Positions 22,655 through 35,500 of a stretch of DNA of 64,000 bases are shown in pieces (positions within the stretch are counted from its first letter, which is position 1; each line of letters opens with the position of its first letter). The notes below the pieces were generated by a model. The model was not told where the DNA came from, made no database searches, and was given only the letters and a program-made list of their open reading frames with translations. Source of the DNA: Amphiscolops sp. MND2022 (lineage: Eukaryota); contig OZ076421.1 in the NCBI GenBank assembly GCA_964187785.1, forward strand, positions 36,084,001 through 36,148,000, written 5' to 3'. Made by a program: the position numbers and the translations under genes.

Positions 22655-24195
22655 TGTCAGAACGCGGTGACGTCCCGAGGTTGTGGACGTTTTGGTCCTT
22701 CTCTTCCCTACTGTTAGTCACTTTCTCAGTAAGGGCTCTCACAATGCTTGTTAATTCTTCGATCTGTTTGTTCATCTCTGGGAATCTTTGCTCTATTCTG
22801 AACCTCTCATGGTCTCTCTCTAGAGACCTCATTGTTTCTCCATCATTATCATTGAAACAACTCCCTGAGTAATGATCGGAAACACTAATTTTGTCTTCAT
22901 CATCAACAAATCCATTCACTACTGATTGTTCGTTTTGAATCTCTCTAATATTCTGGGATCTATTATTTACCATTGTTGGGAGAAAAATGGTTGGTTTTTA
23001 CGATGAATTGAATATAGATTTCAAAGGTAGGAATGTAGGTTTTACTAAGTTGAAGGCAAAGGATGAAATTGTTAGTAAGAGTAAACAGCACGTCTGAGTA
23101 TCACGGTAACAAATGGTCAACTGGTTGATTTCTATTTCGCAATAGCACTTTCGTTATTTTCAATCATGCGTTAGTAACGCTTAATTGAGTGTGTCTATTT
23201 ATTCGGTTTTACAGGTTAAGCCAGCATTTATCGCTTCATGGTGCGTTAGACGACTGCTTTCTTCGGTCGTCGCTAATCCTCATCGCAGCACCTTCGCACC
23301 TGTCATCCAATACTTTAAGTCACTGAACTTTTCACTTTTTTAGCACCGGCCAATTTACGACTAAAGTTTATGGTGGTGATTATGGCTACAAAACTTTCAC
23401 ATAATCTTGGTATGCTAAATCGATGCACCAATTGTTGATGATGACTAATCTTTCGGTTGTTAATGTGGTTTTCTCCAAACGTACAAATCGACGCCCTATA
23501 TACTAATGACTACCCCTACTCGTGGTTGTTATTTTTTAAAGGTAATAAATGGAAAATGATTATCACAAGTACTAATCGACACCCTGTTTATCACGTACCA
23601 TGCATTGAACTGCATATAAAATGTTTGGTAAACTGATGACTGGATAGGCCGGTCGTTTTTTTCGCTAATATAAAATGTGGAATGCCATTTTGTATTGAAC
23701 TGAAATTAAAGTCCTTGACGACTGGGATGTGTCGTCGTTAAACTCCATCATGCCATCCGACATGACAATTATTGTGTATCTACCCAATCAACATAAAAAT
23801 TTTATTATAAAGCAACGTCAAAGCGCTTTTTGTCTTGTGTGTTTTGTTTGGTTCCAGATCTTAAAACGGAATTAATCAAAGTACTCACATGTACTAACAA
23901 TAGTCACTTTACATCTAAACGCGTTTAAATTTTTCGGGGGTGAAATGGCTCGGACATGAAATGGACTCAATAGTATAGGCGGACGCGAAAATGGGGACCT
24001 ACTAAAGACAGGCGGAATTGAAGTGGACCTAACTTCGCAACTAGGAAACCGCTCAGCCAACCAATTATGACTTCACAGGTAAGAATAATTTCAGTAGGCG
24101 TAGAGCAGACCTAATCAAACATCGTCTATCTAGTTAGAAAAGCAGCAATAAACCAATGTGGACATAAATGGAACGGAATAAACAAGGATTTTACA
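22655..24195 (-). mobile_element. probable solo LTR of another Gypsy family, containing a gag-like 5' ORF (ATG at 22973)
   Basis: Minus strand starts TGTAAAATCC and ends CGTTCTGACA; acidic N-terminal ORF runs to the LTR end as in B and C; right boundary and TSD unconfirmed. Confidence 0.5.
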
Positions 24196-24251
24196 GTTCA
24201 GAGCGCAAATTTAAAAACTCAATAGAACAATAGAAATTTGTTGGTAAATCA

Positions 24252-24487
24252 TTTTGAATTTGTTTTTTTACACCTAATTATTTTTGCATTACAATTTCTA
24301 AAGGGAAATTAAGGTCGGCCAATTACCAAACTATGTAAAAGTGAATTCCAAAACGAGCTGAATTTGTTTTGAATCGTTTTGAATTTGTTTTTTTTTACAC
24401 TTAATTATTTTCGCATTACAATTTCTAAACTAAAATTAAGGTCGGCCAATTACCAAACTATGTAAAAGTGAATTCCAAAACGAGCTA
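24252..24487. repeat. 127-bp tandem duplication
   Basis: acaatttcta at 24291 and 24418, followed by identical attaaggtcggccaattaccaaactatgtaaaagtgaattccaaaacgagct. Confidence 0.9.
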
Positions 24488-24801
24488 CAAATGAGTTAAA
24501 TAGTTTGACTTCATTTCTAATTTGATGTTGCGAACATTGCTCCTGTCGAGGAGAAGAATGGTGCTTGAGATGCCTTTATTCTACTATTGTCAGCGACAAG
24601 TATGTATTTACATCCATCGCAGGGCCTCCCGCGAAACCATTTTGGACTAAAACGCTTGGTGTTATTTTCCGAAAAACAGTTGGGATAATTTGATACTTTA
24701 GGTCGAGATAAGATTCAAACGAAGCTCGTAGTTATCTTTAGCAACAGCTTTTAAAAATATAGTTAAAACTTGCAATTCCGTTTTTCGTCTATTAAAATAA
24801 T

Positions 24802-26522
24802 TGTCGCCCGGTTACCCTTGCGAGATGTCCGGAGTGCAGCACCGGTAAGCAGATCAGCTCTGCATCATCCTTCACAATGCCCGAAGACCCAATGCCAGCC
24901 TTATAGACTTTGGAAAACATTCAAACTAAACCATAAACTGAGAAATTTGTTCTCAAATAATTGCTCTCGTTGCTATTTCTTATGTTTGTTTAAGTTAAAC
25001 CGTTAGCTGATGTTGGTTTATGTGGACTTACGTCCTGTTTGATTTATATTTGACAACGGCATAACCGTTGAAAAAAAACAAAGAAAAAGACAAAAAGCTC
25101 AATAAACTAGTCATTAGTGACGATGTTACTAATCTGACCAGATCCAAATCTCTGTTTTGCTCCACAGTCATATTGTAGGAAATTGTGTTATACGTAACAG
25201 TAATTTCAACATATTAGTCAAGTTACATCATGATTATGCAAGAAGTGTATGAAATCAGTATGATGTTTTATTTTGAAAGCAGCATGACAAAACATCCGTC
25301 CAAAATAGTACTAAATTATGCTGCTTTATGCGGTTTGTATTGATCGGCATATACGGTATTTTTAGTAAAACAGCATTATATGGATATAAATACTGTTGCG
25401 TATGCTTTATACCGTATTATACTGGAATTGCTCAAAAACAGCATGATGATTTAACCCAGAAACAGCATATGCGGAAATCGCCCAGAAACGGCATGATGAG
25501 TTAGCTCAAAAACAGCATATGAAGGAAATTCAGGAAAACAGCATGATGTTCATACTCGAAAACAGTATAATGAACGCCAGCAGCATGACGCAGCTCAGTT
25601 AGATTGTATTATGCGGTTTTCATAAAACTGCATATGCAGGATTATATTGGAAAACAGCATAAATTGCATAATATTACACATTAATCCACCACTACATTGG
25701 TGCTATATTTAGACCTTCTAGGAACATTATGTCATAGTTTATTTTTAACTTCTGACCCTAGAAACACGACGTAATGATGACTTTGTAAAATTGCTGGTCA
25801 TATTACTGAAAATAACACCCAATGAAATCATTTTGTAAGGTACATTTGAAATCAGTTTTTCCCACGATTATTCCTACGAGATAACACACAGAAATCAGTC
25901 ACTCCAAAAGATAACTCTGAATTTGCATTTCAACAATTTCTTTGAAAGTTGTTTGAAGTTGTTTTCAACATGGGAAATAGAAGGAACAGACGTACACAGA
26001 GAAATGAGTCTCAGTCTCCAGAGAGAGATGGGAATATGTCAGAAACAAGCCTTCTACAAGATAATGCGACTTTAACTAATGTTTCTGCAAATGTTAATAA
26101 CGTTTTTGTCAGGAACTTAGGTAGCGAACTAACGGAACCATCACAAATCAGTAATGAGATAGAAATAATTTCTCAAAGTCTATCTGAACAAAACAACAAT
26201 AAGATGACACAGATTGAACATCAGCTGAATAGCAAATTTGAAGAAATACTTAAAGAAATCAGAGCAAACAAAAACTGTAACACAACAACTGATGAAGAGG
26301 ATGTTGAGAGTAGACAGCCAGGTCCTTCTAACTCAAAACCCAAGGGTCTCAGTAACAAACACGCATCAAACATGACAATAGAAAGAGATCAGAATGATCG
26401 GTTTTACTCGTCTGAAAAGAGTGAGTTAGGACAACCATATACTCCGATTGGAATTACAAATGAGACTCTGGATGAGACCACAATAATAAACGAAAACAGA
26501 CAGGAAAACGCCGATCATCACA
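24802..26522 (+). repeat. element B 5' LTR (1721 bp), includes first ~184 gag codons
   Basis: Near-identical to 43948-45700 apart from several indels; gag ATG at 25970. Confidence 0.92.
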
Positions 26523-26534
26523 TGGTGACAGGAC
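26523..26534 (+). promoter_or_regulatory. PBS of element B (tRNA-Leu-like, short)
   Basis: TGGTGACAGGAC directly after the LTR CA; resembles Leu(CAG)-type PBS TGGTGTCAGGAG; lies in-frame inside gag (MVTG). Confidence 0.6.
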
Positions 26535-27626
26535 CTACCAAGAACATCCTGAGACAAAGTTCTACTAATTCCCACACAACAAACCCAGTCGGACCACACG
26601 CAGAAACTCTCTTTGAACACCCTCAAACATCAGACCCTGTTAGCCAAATTGCCCTGGCAATCGAAAAACTAGCACACAAAAATCAAGAACCCTCAATCTT
26701 CCACTCGAAAAATACACTTACCTTCAACGGGAGACTAGAAAAAAACGAAAAGTTCGAATACTTTGAAGATCTTTTCCACACAACACTTAAAATGCAGCCA
26801 CATCTCACGGAAGAAATGAAAATAAACCACTTCCATGTCCACCTCAGAGGGCTAGCACTGAAAACATTTAAAAATATACAACGAACACCCACAACAACAC
26901 TCGAAGACATCTTGGTAGACTTCCGCAGAAAGTATGTCAAGCCCGAATCTAGTGCTTCAGCTAAACATTAAATTAACAAACTTATGTTCCAACCTGAAAA
27001 CCAGAAGCTACCTGACTTTCTTGAAGACTTACAAGAAAGTGCAGAAAAAGCATTTGGGGAAGCAGCGCCACAAATGACTGAAAGCCTCCTATACGCAAAA
27101 ATGCCTCCCCACCTAAAGAAATCTATCAACCATGCGTATCTTGAAAATGGTACATACGAACAAATCGTACGACACTTAGAACGCGAACTGGAGCTCAATG
27201 GACTTGAAGCAGACGAGTCTTTTGTCAAAACACAGATGACAGCAGTAAAACAACAAACAAACGTACAAAACACCAAATCTCAGCCACAAAACACAAAAAC
27301 AAAAACAAAAACCACAAACACAGTCCCCAATAACACGCTCCAGAACAACCAATGTCGCTATTGCAAGGAAGAAGGACATAGCACATAGCAAAAGAGTGCC
27401 CTAAATTTGCAAAACGACAAAAATTGGACAATGATCCAGATGCACCACGATGCGCCCATTGTAACACCACAGGTCATGAAGAACCCAATTGTTACTTTGG
27501 AGCCAACATGAAGAATCGCCCACCCAAGTGGACTCTCACAGAAACTCAACAAAAACTCTTTGATGAGTACAAAAAATCAAACGAACCCATCAACCCCCGA
27601 AACTCGAAACCTTCAACATCGAAGGA

Positions 27627-27633
27627 TTTAAAC
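27627..27633 (+). promoter_or_regulatory. -1 ribosomal frameshift slippery heptamer T TTA AAC at the gag stop
   Basis: GAT TTA AAC TAA has the X XXY YYZ register in the gag frame. Confidence 0.65.
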
Positions 27634-27636
27634 TAA

Positions 27637-30600
27637 TAAAGCCACGCCTTCAAACAACATCACCACAAAAACAACTCTCAGCAGATGACTGGCAGCATCC
27701 GCCGAGTCCAAAACCTATAAAAATTACAGTCTTCGATCACAACTCGACCAACAAAAACGACTCACATACTACAAACACACAAACTACCACACCCGATAAC
27801 CCCTCTGAGGACCTAAATGACTTACTCATGGATGCCCCAGATAACTACATACTCCGCCAAACCTTCGAACCTGAAATCGAGCAAGAAACAGAAAATCAAC
27901 ACCCCAATACTTCATACACTCAAGAAACACAAACAGAACACCCAAACACACAATTCACATCAACAACTCAAACTGAAAATGGAGCCATGTCAGGATTAAC
28001 AAAAACTCTTTTTAAAGCATCACCTGGGAAACAACCCCTCCTTGACAATGATGTTTTCAATCACCTAACTACAGATGAAGGCAACAACATCATGTACTTA
28101 AACCTCTCAACAAACCTAACCCTCAAAAAGAAACGTCATATGTATTATTTCCCCATGGATTTCGAAAAATTAACCCCGGATGGACTCATAGATACAGGCG
28201 CCCTCACCAGTGCCATTTCTGAAGCAGATCTCAATAAAATTAAACTACTATCAAACGAAGCAATCAAAGACACAGGTCCAGCACCAAACTTCCAAATCAT
28301 GGTGGCAAATGGTCTACTCGAACGCCCCATTGGAACTGTCCTACTTGAATTCGAGGTAGCAGACTTCCAATTTCAAGAAAATTTCATCGTCATGAAAACA
28401 CTACCCAATCCACTCATTGGATTGTGTTTTCTACAAAGACACAATGCCCTTTTTGATATTCGACAAGGAAGAATAACATTCCCATATTTGTAAATGCTGC
28501 TACGACCTGAACACACAACAAACACCCGAGTAGCAACACCTTTGTTGACTGAAACTACCTACACCCTGCAACCCGGAGAAGCTCTTGCAATCTCCAGCAA
28601 AATGCCCCATTTAATAGACCACAATGCAACAGGAATTGTGACTCCATCTTCACACATGGAGGAACACGAAAGCATTTTCATTACCTCCTCACTCAGTACG
28701 GTAAACAACAATGCAGTGGGTTATCAAGTGATTAACTTCTCAGATATGCTCTTCCTGTGGATACACACATGGCAGATTTCCGAGTACTAACCCCAGAACA
28801 AATCAAACACATCAAACCAGTTGACCCATCAATTCTTACCTTCATGATGCACCAACACATCGAAAATACGGATCTATACCTCAACCAACTGATGAAAACA
28901 AATCAATCGTCAGTCGAACAAGAAACGTACTGGTTCCATACACCTGAAAAACCCGGTGATCCGACCACATATACACCCATCCAACAAAGAATGTTTGTTG
29001 AACTCACAGAAGTTAAACAACTTGCACAACTAAACCCAAACGACAGCGAAGAATCAAGAAATTCTTCGACCATTTCTACTGGACCGACACCACTCTCAGC
29101 CCATTCGAAAAACAACACATTAAAGACATTCTTGTACAATATCACGATATCTTTGCCAGACATCGTTTTGATATTCGCACTAACATAGAATTTAAGGTTA
29201 AGTTAACGCCTAATGATGATAGACCAGCCTACAGCCAAAGTCTTCCAACGCCAATCAACCTCAATGATGATATAACTGTTGAACTGGCCCTACTCCATCG
29301 TTATGGCATCATCACGTCCTTACCTTTCTCTAAATATGCAAGCCCCACTTTGCTCAGCGAAAACTAAATGGACGTCTCCGCCTTTTGGTGGACCTTCGCA
29401 AAATCAACAATCTCATCACACAAGATTACGTAAACAACAACCACACAGTCAGCACTTTGTCGGACGCAGCACAGCACATGGCTGGGTAGAAGTTTTTTTG
29501 CAAACTCGATTGCTCCCAAGCATACCATTGTTTGCAGATGGCAGACTACCAGTCAATTCAGATGCTGGCATTTAATTTTGCAAGCCGAGCGTTTGCGTAC
29601 CGACGCCTTGCTCAAGGCTTAAGCCGCTCTCTGTCTGCTTTCTCATCCTTTATGAGAGAATACCTGGACAAAGCGATAAAAGCTGACCAATGCGCCCAAT
29701 ACGTTGATGACATTGGCATAGCCGCAAATGATTCAACCCAATTGTGCATCAACATCAAAACAGTCTTCGAATGCATTAGAAAAGCCGGCCTCAAACTCAC
29801 GATGGCTAAATGCCATTTTGGAGTCAAACAAGTCGACTTTTAGGACGAACAATCACCCCAGAAGGAATTTCCCCACAATCCGAAAAAGTCAAACAGTTTT
29901 TTCAGAAACTCAAATTTCCAAAATCTAAAGAAGATCTTCAAAGGTTTATTGGGTTTCTCAAATACTACAGAAACTACATTCCTCGGTTATCAGAAAAGCT
30001 TTCGCCTTTCTTCAAACTGCTCAAAGAAACTTCCCAGTTCTGTATACCAAATACAGTCCTAGACACTTTCAATGAACTAAACCAACAACTGGAAAAATCA
30101 TGCAGTCTTGCCCTCAAACAACCAAACAAAAACAAACAACTGATTCTAATGACTGATGCCAGTTTTACAGCAGCCGTCATGATTGAAGATGATCCTAACC
30201 AGAAACTTCAATCCAGAAGAAAAACCTATGCCCCAATCGCGTTTGGGTCAAAAACGTTCAATCCAACTCAAATCAAAATGTCCATCTACGCAAAAGAATT
30301 TTTAGCAATCTATTTTGCGTTTTCCGAATTTGGACACCTCATGTGGGGAAGTGTTTTCCCGTTATCGTCTTCACAGATAACCGTTCAGTAACACGCTTCT
30401 TCCAAACGAAAATAATACCACCACCTCTCTGGAATGCCTGCCACTTGGTCCTACAGTACAATTTCGTCATTGCGCACGTAGCAGGAGCCATGAACACAGC
30501 TGTTGATTTCCTTTCAAGAGCAGAAGTAAACCCGACCGAAAAACTCGAAATGAACATCCGAAATGATGTTACAACCAAAGCCATCGAAGTCAATATACAG

Positions 30601-32593
30601 TCCACAGGAGTTGCCGAGGAAGAATCTCTCTACTTTCTACCCGAAGAAGTTCCCTCAGAACAACAACTGTGGGAAGAGAAAGAATCACTTCGCAAAACAG
30701 CGAAGGAGGATACTCACAACGAACCAGAAAATGAAGTATCCGAACTCCAAAATTTCCATAAACCCACAGCTGGAACAATTGACTACAGAGAGTGTCACTT
30801 CAAAGACAATGCAAAAATACGTTTAGAACAAAACAACGATCCAGTTTTACGCAACCTTCGAGCAAAAATTCAAGGTGAACCATATGACGAAACTGCACTT
30901 ACACAAGAATATAGATATAAACACAACCTACAAAACATACCTCGTATCTAAATTCGACAGGACATCCTTATTAGAAGATACTACAATGACACGGGTATGA
31001 TCTCCCATTACCACATTCTCCTACCCCGACAACTCCTAGATGAATTCTTACATGCTCTTCATGGGCATAATGCAAACCACCCAGGTATCACAAAGATGAT
31101 TCAAGAAGCACGACAAAAGTACTATTACCCATGCATTGCCAAACACATCCGAACTTGGGTCACGAAATGTCAAATGTGCATACAAAACAAACGGATCAGC
31201 AATGACCTCCTCAAAACCGAACTACTCATTTGCCCGGAATGGGAGTTAGGTCCTGAGGATATATTGCAAATGGATGTTCTCCCGAACCTACCCTCAATTG
31301 GAGGTTATGACAATATCATCACAGCAATAGACGTGTTTTCACGATATCTGTTCGCATATCCAGTCACAAGAATCACTGTTGCAAGAGTTATCATGGACAT
31401 TTTATGCAAACACACATACCTACCCACAACAATCATCACAGATATGGGACCACAATTCAATTCTCAAAGTACAAAAGAAGTAGCTGCAGTTCTAAGTATA
31501 GAACTTAAACATGCCCCAACGAAACACGCCCAAACAATTGGACTGTTAGAACGCACTCATGCATCAGTCAAAGCACACGTAAAGGCCGCCACTGGAGAAT
31601 TCAGAAACAACTGGCATAAGTTTCTACCTTTGGCAGTCCTAAACCACAACACAACCTATCATGCAACACTCGGATGCGAACCCACAAGGGTCTTCCACGG
31701 ACGAAATCCGCACAATATACTAGATTTGAACCTTGGGTATAATCCAAATCCCCATTTCCAACCCTAAACCGAAGTAGCAGAAGAGATTCAAAGACGAATC
31801 GCACTACTTCACGATCAGACGAAGAAAAACATAATGCAATCTTACCTTAAATAAAAAGCTTACTATGACAGGAAAGCAAAAGCAGCACCTCTTACATCGG
31901 GGGATTATTGCTTTATCTTAAATCCGAAAGCCGACAAACAAGCGACCAAAATTCCTTTCAGAGAATTTTGTTGGGTAGGACCGTATAAGGTCGAGAAAGT
32001 CTTACCAAATAATAACTATATCGTCCGAAGATTGGGCACAAACAAAACCCAACTACTCCATCGTATTCGATTACGAATATACATCCCACAAGCGCCCTTA
32101 GCAGATAATTTCGTAAAGGAAACTGATTGGCAAAAAGAAGATACAGTCATTGCCCAAGATGATCTATATGCACAAACTTGGGACACTAATTTTGGATCGA
32201 GCCCTTTCGATTCTGAGCACGAAACCAATGATCAGCAAGAAGACATAGTGGAATATGAACCTGCTTCTCAACCCGAAATATACCGCCCTTCCTCCCCCGA
32301 AATTTCTCAAAACAGTGGGGGGATCCCAGCAGAACAACCTGCTGTGACTGATGAAGAGCCCCAAATAATCACAAAAGAACTTACAGAAATTGAAAATCAT
32401 GAGCCCATTCCAGAAACTTCAAGAAATCCAGAAATCTCACAAGATACCCCAACCCAAAATTCCCCAAAAACTCCCGAAAATAACCCAGAAATTGATGCAG
32501 AAAAAACAGAAAAATCAGTTAACAAAAGAGGTGAAAAGTACAACTTACGCCCAAACCCAAACCCTAACTACTCTGACTCATACAGATATTTAA
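27637..32593 (+). pseudogene. pol: element B pol (protease, dUTPase-like insert, RT, RNase H, integrase with GPY)
   Basis: LIDTGA 28191; YVDD 29700-29711; TDAS ~30152; HPG...C2 zinc domain ~31078; QMDV/TDMG/LERTH triad; WVGPY ~31978; KYNLRPNP end; many frameshifts and stops. Confidence 0.95.
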
Positions 32594-35500
32594 AAACGAA
32601 TCAAGAGACTCAAAGACTTTAACTAGATAACAGTCTCACTCGTTCTTCATTTTTTCCTTTTTCTTACCTCCAACTGAAACTGAAGGCCTAATTCTCTTTA
32701 TGAGAAAGATAAATAACTACCAACAAGACGTAATCAACCTGATTCGACAAAAACAACAAAACCAAACAAATAATAACAAAGGCACACATTATAAATTGAC
32801 AAAATACAATGAAAAGTATTGAGAAATGTTAGCACGTTCATTTATCACCAGAATCTTTCTTAGCCTTCTTGCCCTTGATTACTAGCTTCTTAGCCCCGCT
32901 GGAGCTACTGTCAGAAAGAAACAGGATATCTGCTACTACCCGAGGAACAGAAAGTGTCGGAGTCGAAAGTTTAGGACTAGAACCTTTGGGTTTACCACGT
33001 GATTCAGCTCCTCGAGCTCTGCCTGGAAAAGGAGTAGGTTGCACAAATTTACCACTTGAAAGGATAGGCCCTGGAGCGGATGTTTTGGGGCTAACCACAA
33101 CGGAAGTCCATAAAGCTTCTTCATCGGAGATGGTACATGTATAACGCGACTCCAGTTTGTTAAACAGTAGGCGCCGTCGAGAAGAACAGGAGGCAGTGAC
33201 ATCCAAACCGAAAACGTCGCGTCAGACAGTAAAGCATTGCCTTTACCAAGCAACGAGAAAACAGGTGAGATTGTGCGCGGATTTGAAAAAAGCCCAGACA
33301 CATTAGGAATCCCAGATAAAGAGGACTGGATACTTCGAACAGACGATCTAAATTCATCGGCATCAGAAGCTAGCCGAGGAAGTATCAAGGTGAAATGAGG
33401 CGGGAGTGAGGAATGATTGGCAAGGCTAAGACAACATAACTTGAAGGCAAAGAACAGGTTCTCACGGCAGTGCATTTCATAGTAACCAGACAAGAAATCC
33501 ACCCATTCTCTGTCATGTTCAATAATATTGGATCTAAACTGAGCGACAAAGGAGCGATATTCGCTGTAAATCAGAGGTTTTACATTACTGCTGATCCATT
33601 TACTCTCCACAAAGAAATCACAAAGCATCTCGCATTCACGAGAGTAATCTTCTTCCTCGCCATGCCGCACGATAGCTTCATCGAAGATGGAAAATCCTCG
33701 AACCAATTTGGATTTGCAAACTTTATGGCTCAATAACAACGCACAGATGTTTCTGCAGAAACACAATGCTTGCTCCACAAAATGGGTAGGTGTCGGAATG
33801 TCACTCTCAGCTACCAGATTAGCAAAATCTCTATTACGGAGAAAATCTGCAGCAGTCTTTAAAGGATGGCTATTTGATGAGAGATCAATTGACAGGAAAT
33901 TATCCCAATCAGACACTTATCCGAGAAACGAATCCGGAAGGATAGCTTGCAACTGTGAGTAAGTAAATGTTGCGAAAGCGCTGTAAACGCGGAAGATGTC
34001 TGGTGATGGCCCATTGACGTCTTTGAAGGCAGAATTATCTAAACACAAACAAATTGAAAATGGGGTAAGAAACCCGATGACAACCGCAAAAAGGAAAAAC
34101 TTACAATGCAAGAGAACATTCCGAATCAGGAACAACTTCGCAGGATACGTCTTGTCCTTGTAGATAGTCTCATAAATGCTTTTGGGCTGTAAAGAAACAA
34201 ACAGATATGAAAGGTGAAGCGAATAAAAGAAGGAGGAAAGATAAACGAAACTCACTTCTTTCATGTGGTAACGGAAGTCTTTGATCCTGTCTGCGAGCCG
34301 GAGGTGCAAAACAACGTGGGACCAGTTCATAGATAGCTGACCAAGGATAGTGGGAATATCTTCGTGACGAAATTCAAAACAGTGAATGGCCTGAAACAAA
34401 CCACATAATGATTGCTACTTGATTTGCACTGATGAAGACTGAAAATTATGATGCATCATGCTGAATTCTGAACACAGCATAGCATGGAACACAGCATACA
34501 GTATAACCTATGAGGATTATGCGGAAATCAGAACAAAATTGCATGACAAGAAAAACCCTATGCAGAAAAGTACAAAAAACAACATAAAACTAGTGCACAA
34601 CGTGCAGCGCAGTATAATGCAAAGTGAAATGAAATTATGCTGTTCTGAAGAAGAAACAGCATATTGGAATGATTATTATGCAGTTTTCAGAAGAACTTAC
34701 GCCCAAACCCAAACCCTAACTACTCTGACTCATACAGATATTAAAAAACGAATCAAGAGACTCAAAGACTTTAACTAGATAACAGTCTCACTCGTTCTTC
34801 ATTTTTTCCTTTTTCTTACCTCCAACTGAAACTGAAGGCCTAATTCTCTTTATGAGAAAGATAAATAACTACCAACCAGACGTAATCAACCTGATTTGAC
34901 AAAAACAACAAAACCAAAGAAATAATAACAAAGGCACACATCATAAATTGACAAAATACAATGAAAAGTATTGAGAAATGTTAGCACGTTCATTTATCAC
35001 CAGAATCTTTCTTAGCCTTCTTGCCCTTGATTACTAGCTTCTTAGCCCCGCTGGAGCTACTGTCAGAAAGAAACAGGACATCTGCTACTAACGGAGGAAC
35101 AGAAAGTGTCGGAGTCGAAAGTTTAGGACTAGAACCTTTGGGTTTACCACTTGATTCAGCTCCTCGAGCTCTGCCTGGAAAAGGAGTAGGTTGCACAAAT
35201 TTACCACTTGAAAGGATAGGCCCTGGAGCGGATGTTTTGGGGCTAACCACAACGGAAGTCCATAAAGCTTCTTCATCGGAGATGGTACATGTATAACGCG
35301 ACTCCAGTTTGTTAAACAGTAGGCGCCGTCGAGAAGAACAGGAGGCAGTGACATCCCAAACCGAAAACGTCGCGTCAGACAGTAAAGCATTGCCTTTACC
35401 AAGCAACGAGAAAACAGGTGAGATTGTGCGCGGATTTGAAAAAAGCCCAGACACATTAGGAATCCCAGATAAAGAGGACTGGATACATCGAACAGACGAT

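Larger units (their letters stand above)
25970..27636 (+). pseudogene. gag: element B gag (capsid-like domain plus two zinc knuckles), interrupted
   Basis: FEDLFHTTLKMQPHLTEEMKINHFH capsid-like segment; CRYCKEEGH and CAHCNTTGHEEPNC; internal stops near 26969 and 27386. Confidence 0.88.

Noticed and set aside
33917-34399. 160-aa membrane-protein-like ORF (also 36070-36552 and 38223-38705)
   Set aside because: The hydrophobic stretches are two short T-rich introns read through in frame.
34458-34778. ORFs of 84-106 aa repeated three times (MLNSEHSIAW...)
   Set aside because: They lie in intronic AACAGCAT repeats and cross the triplication junction.
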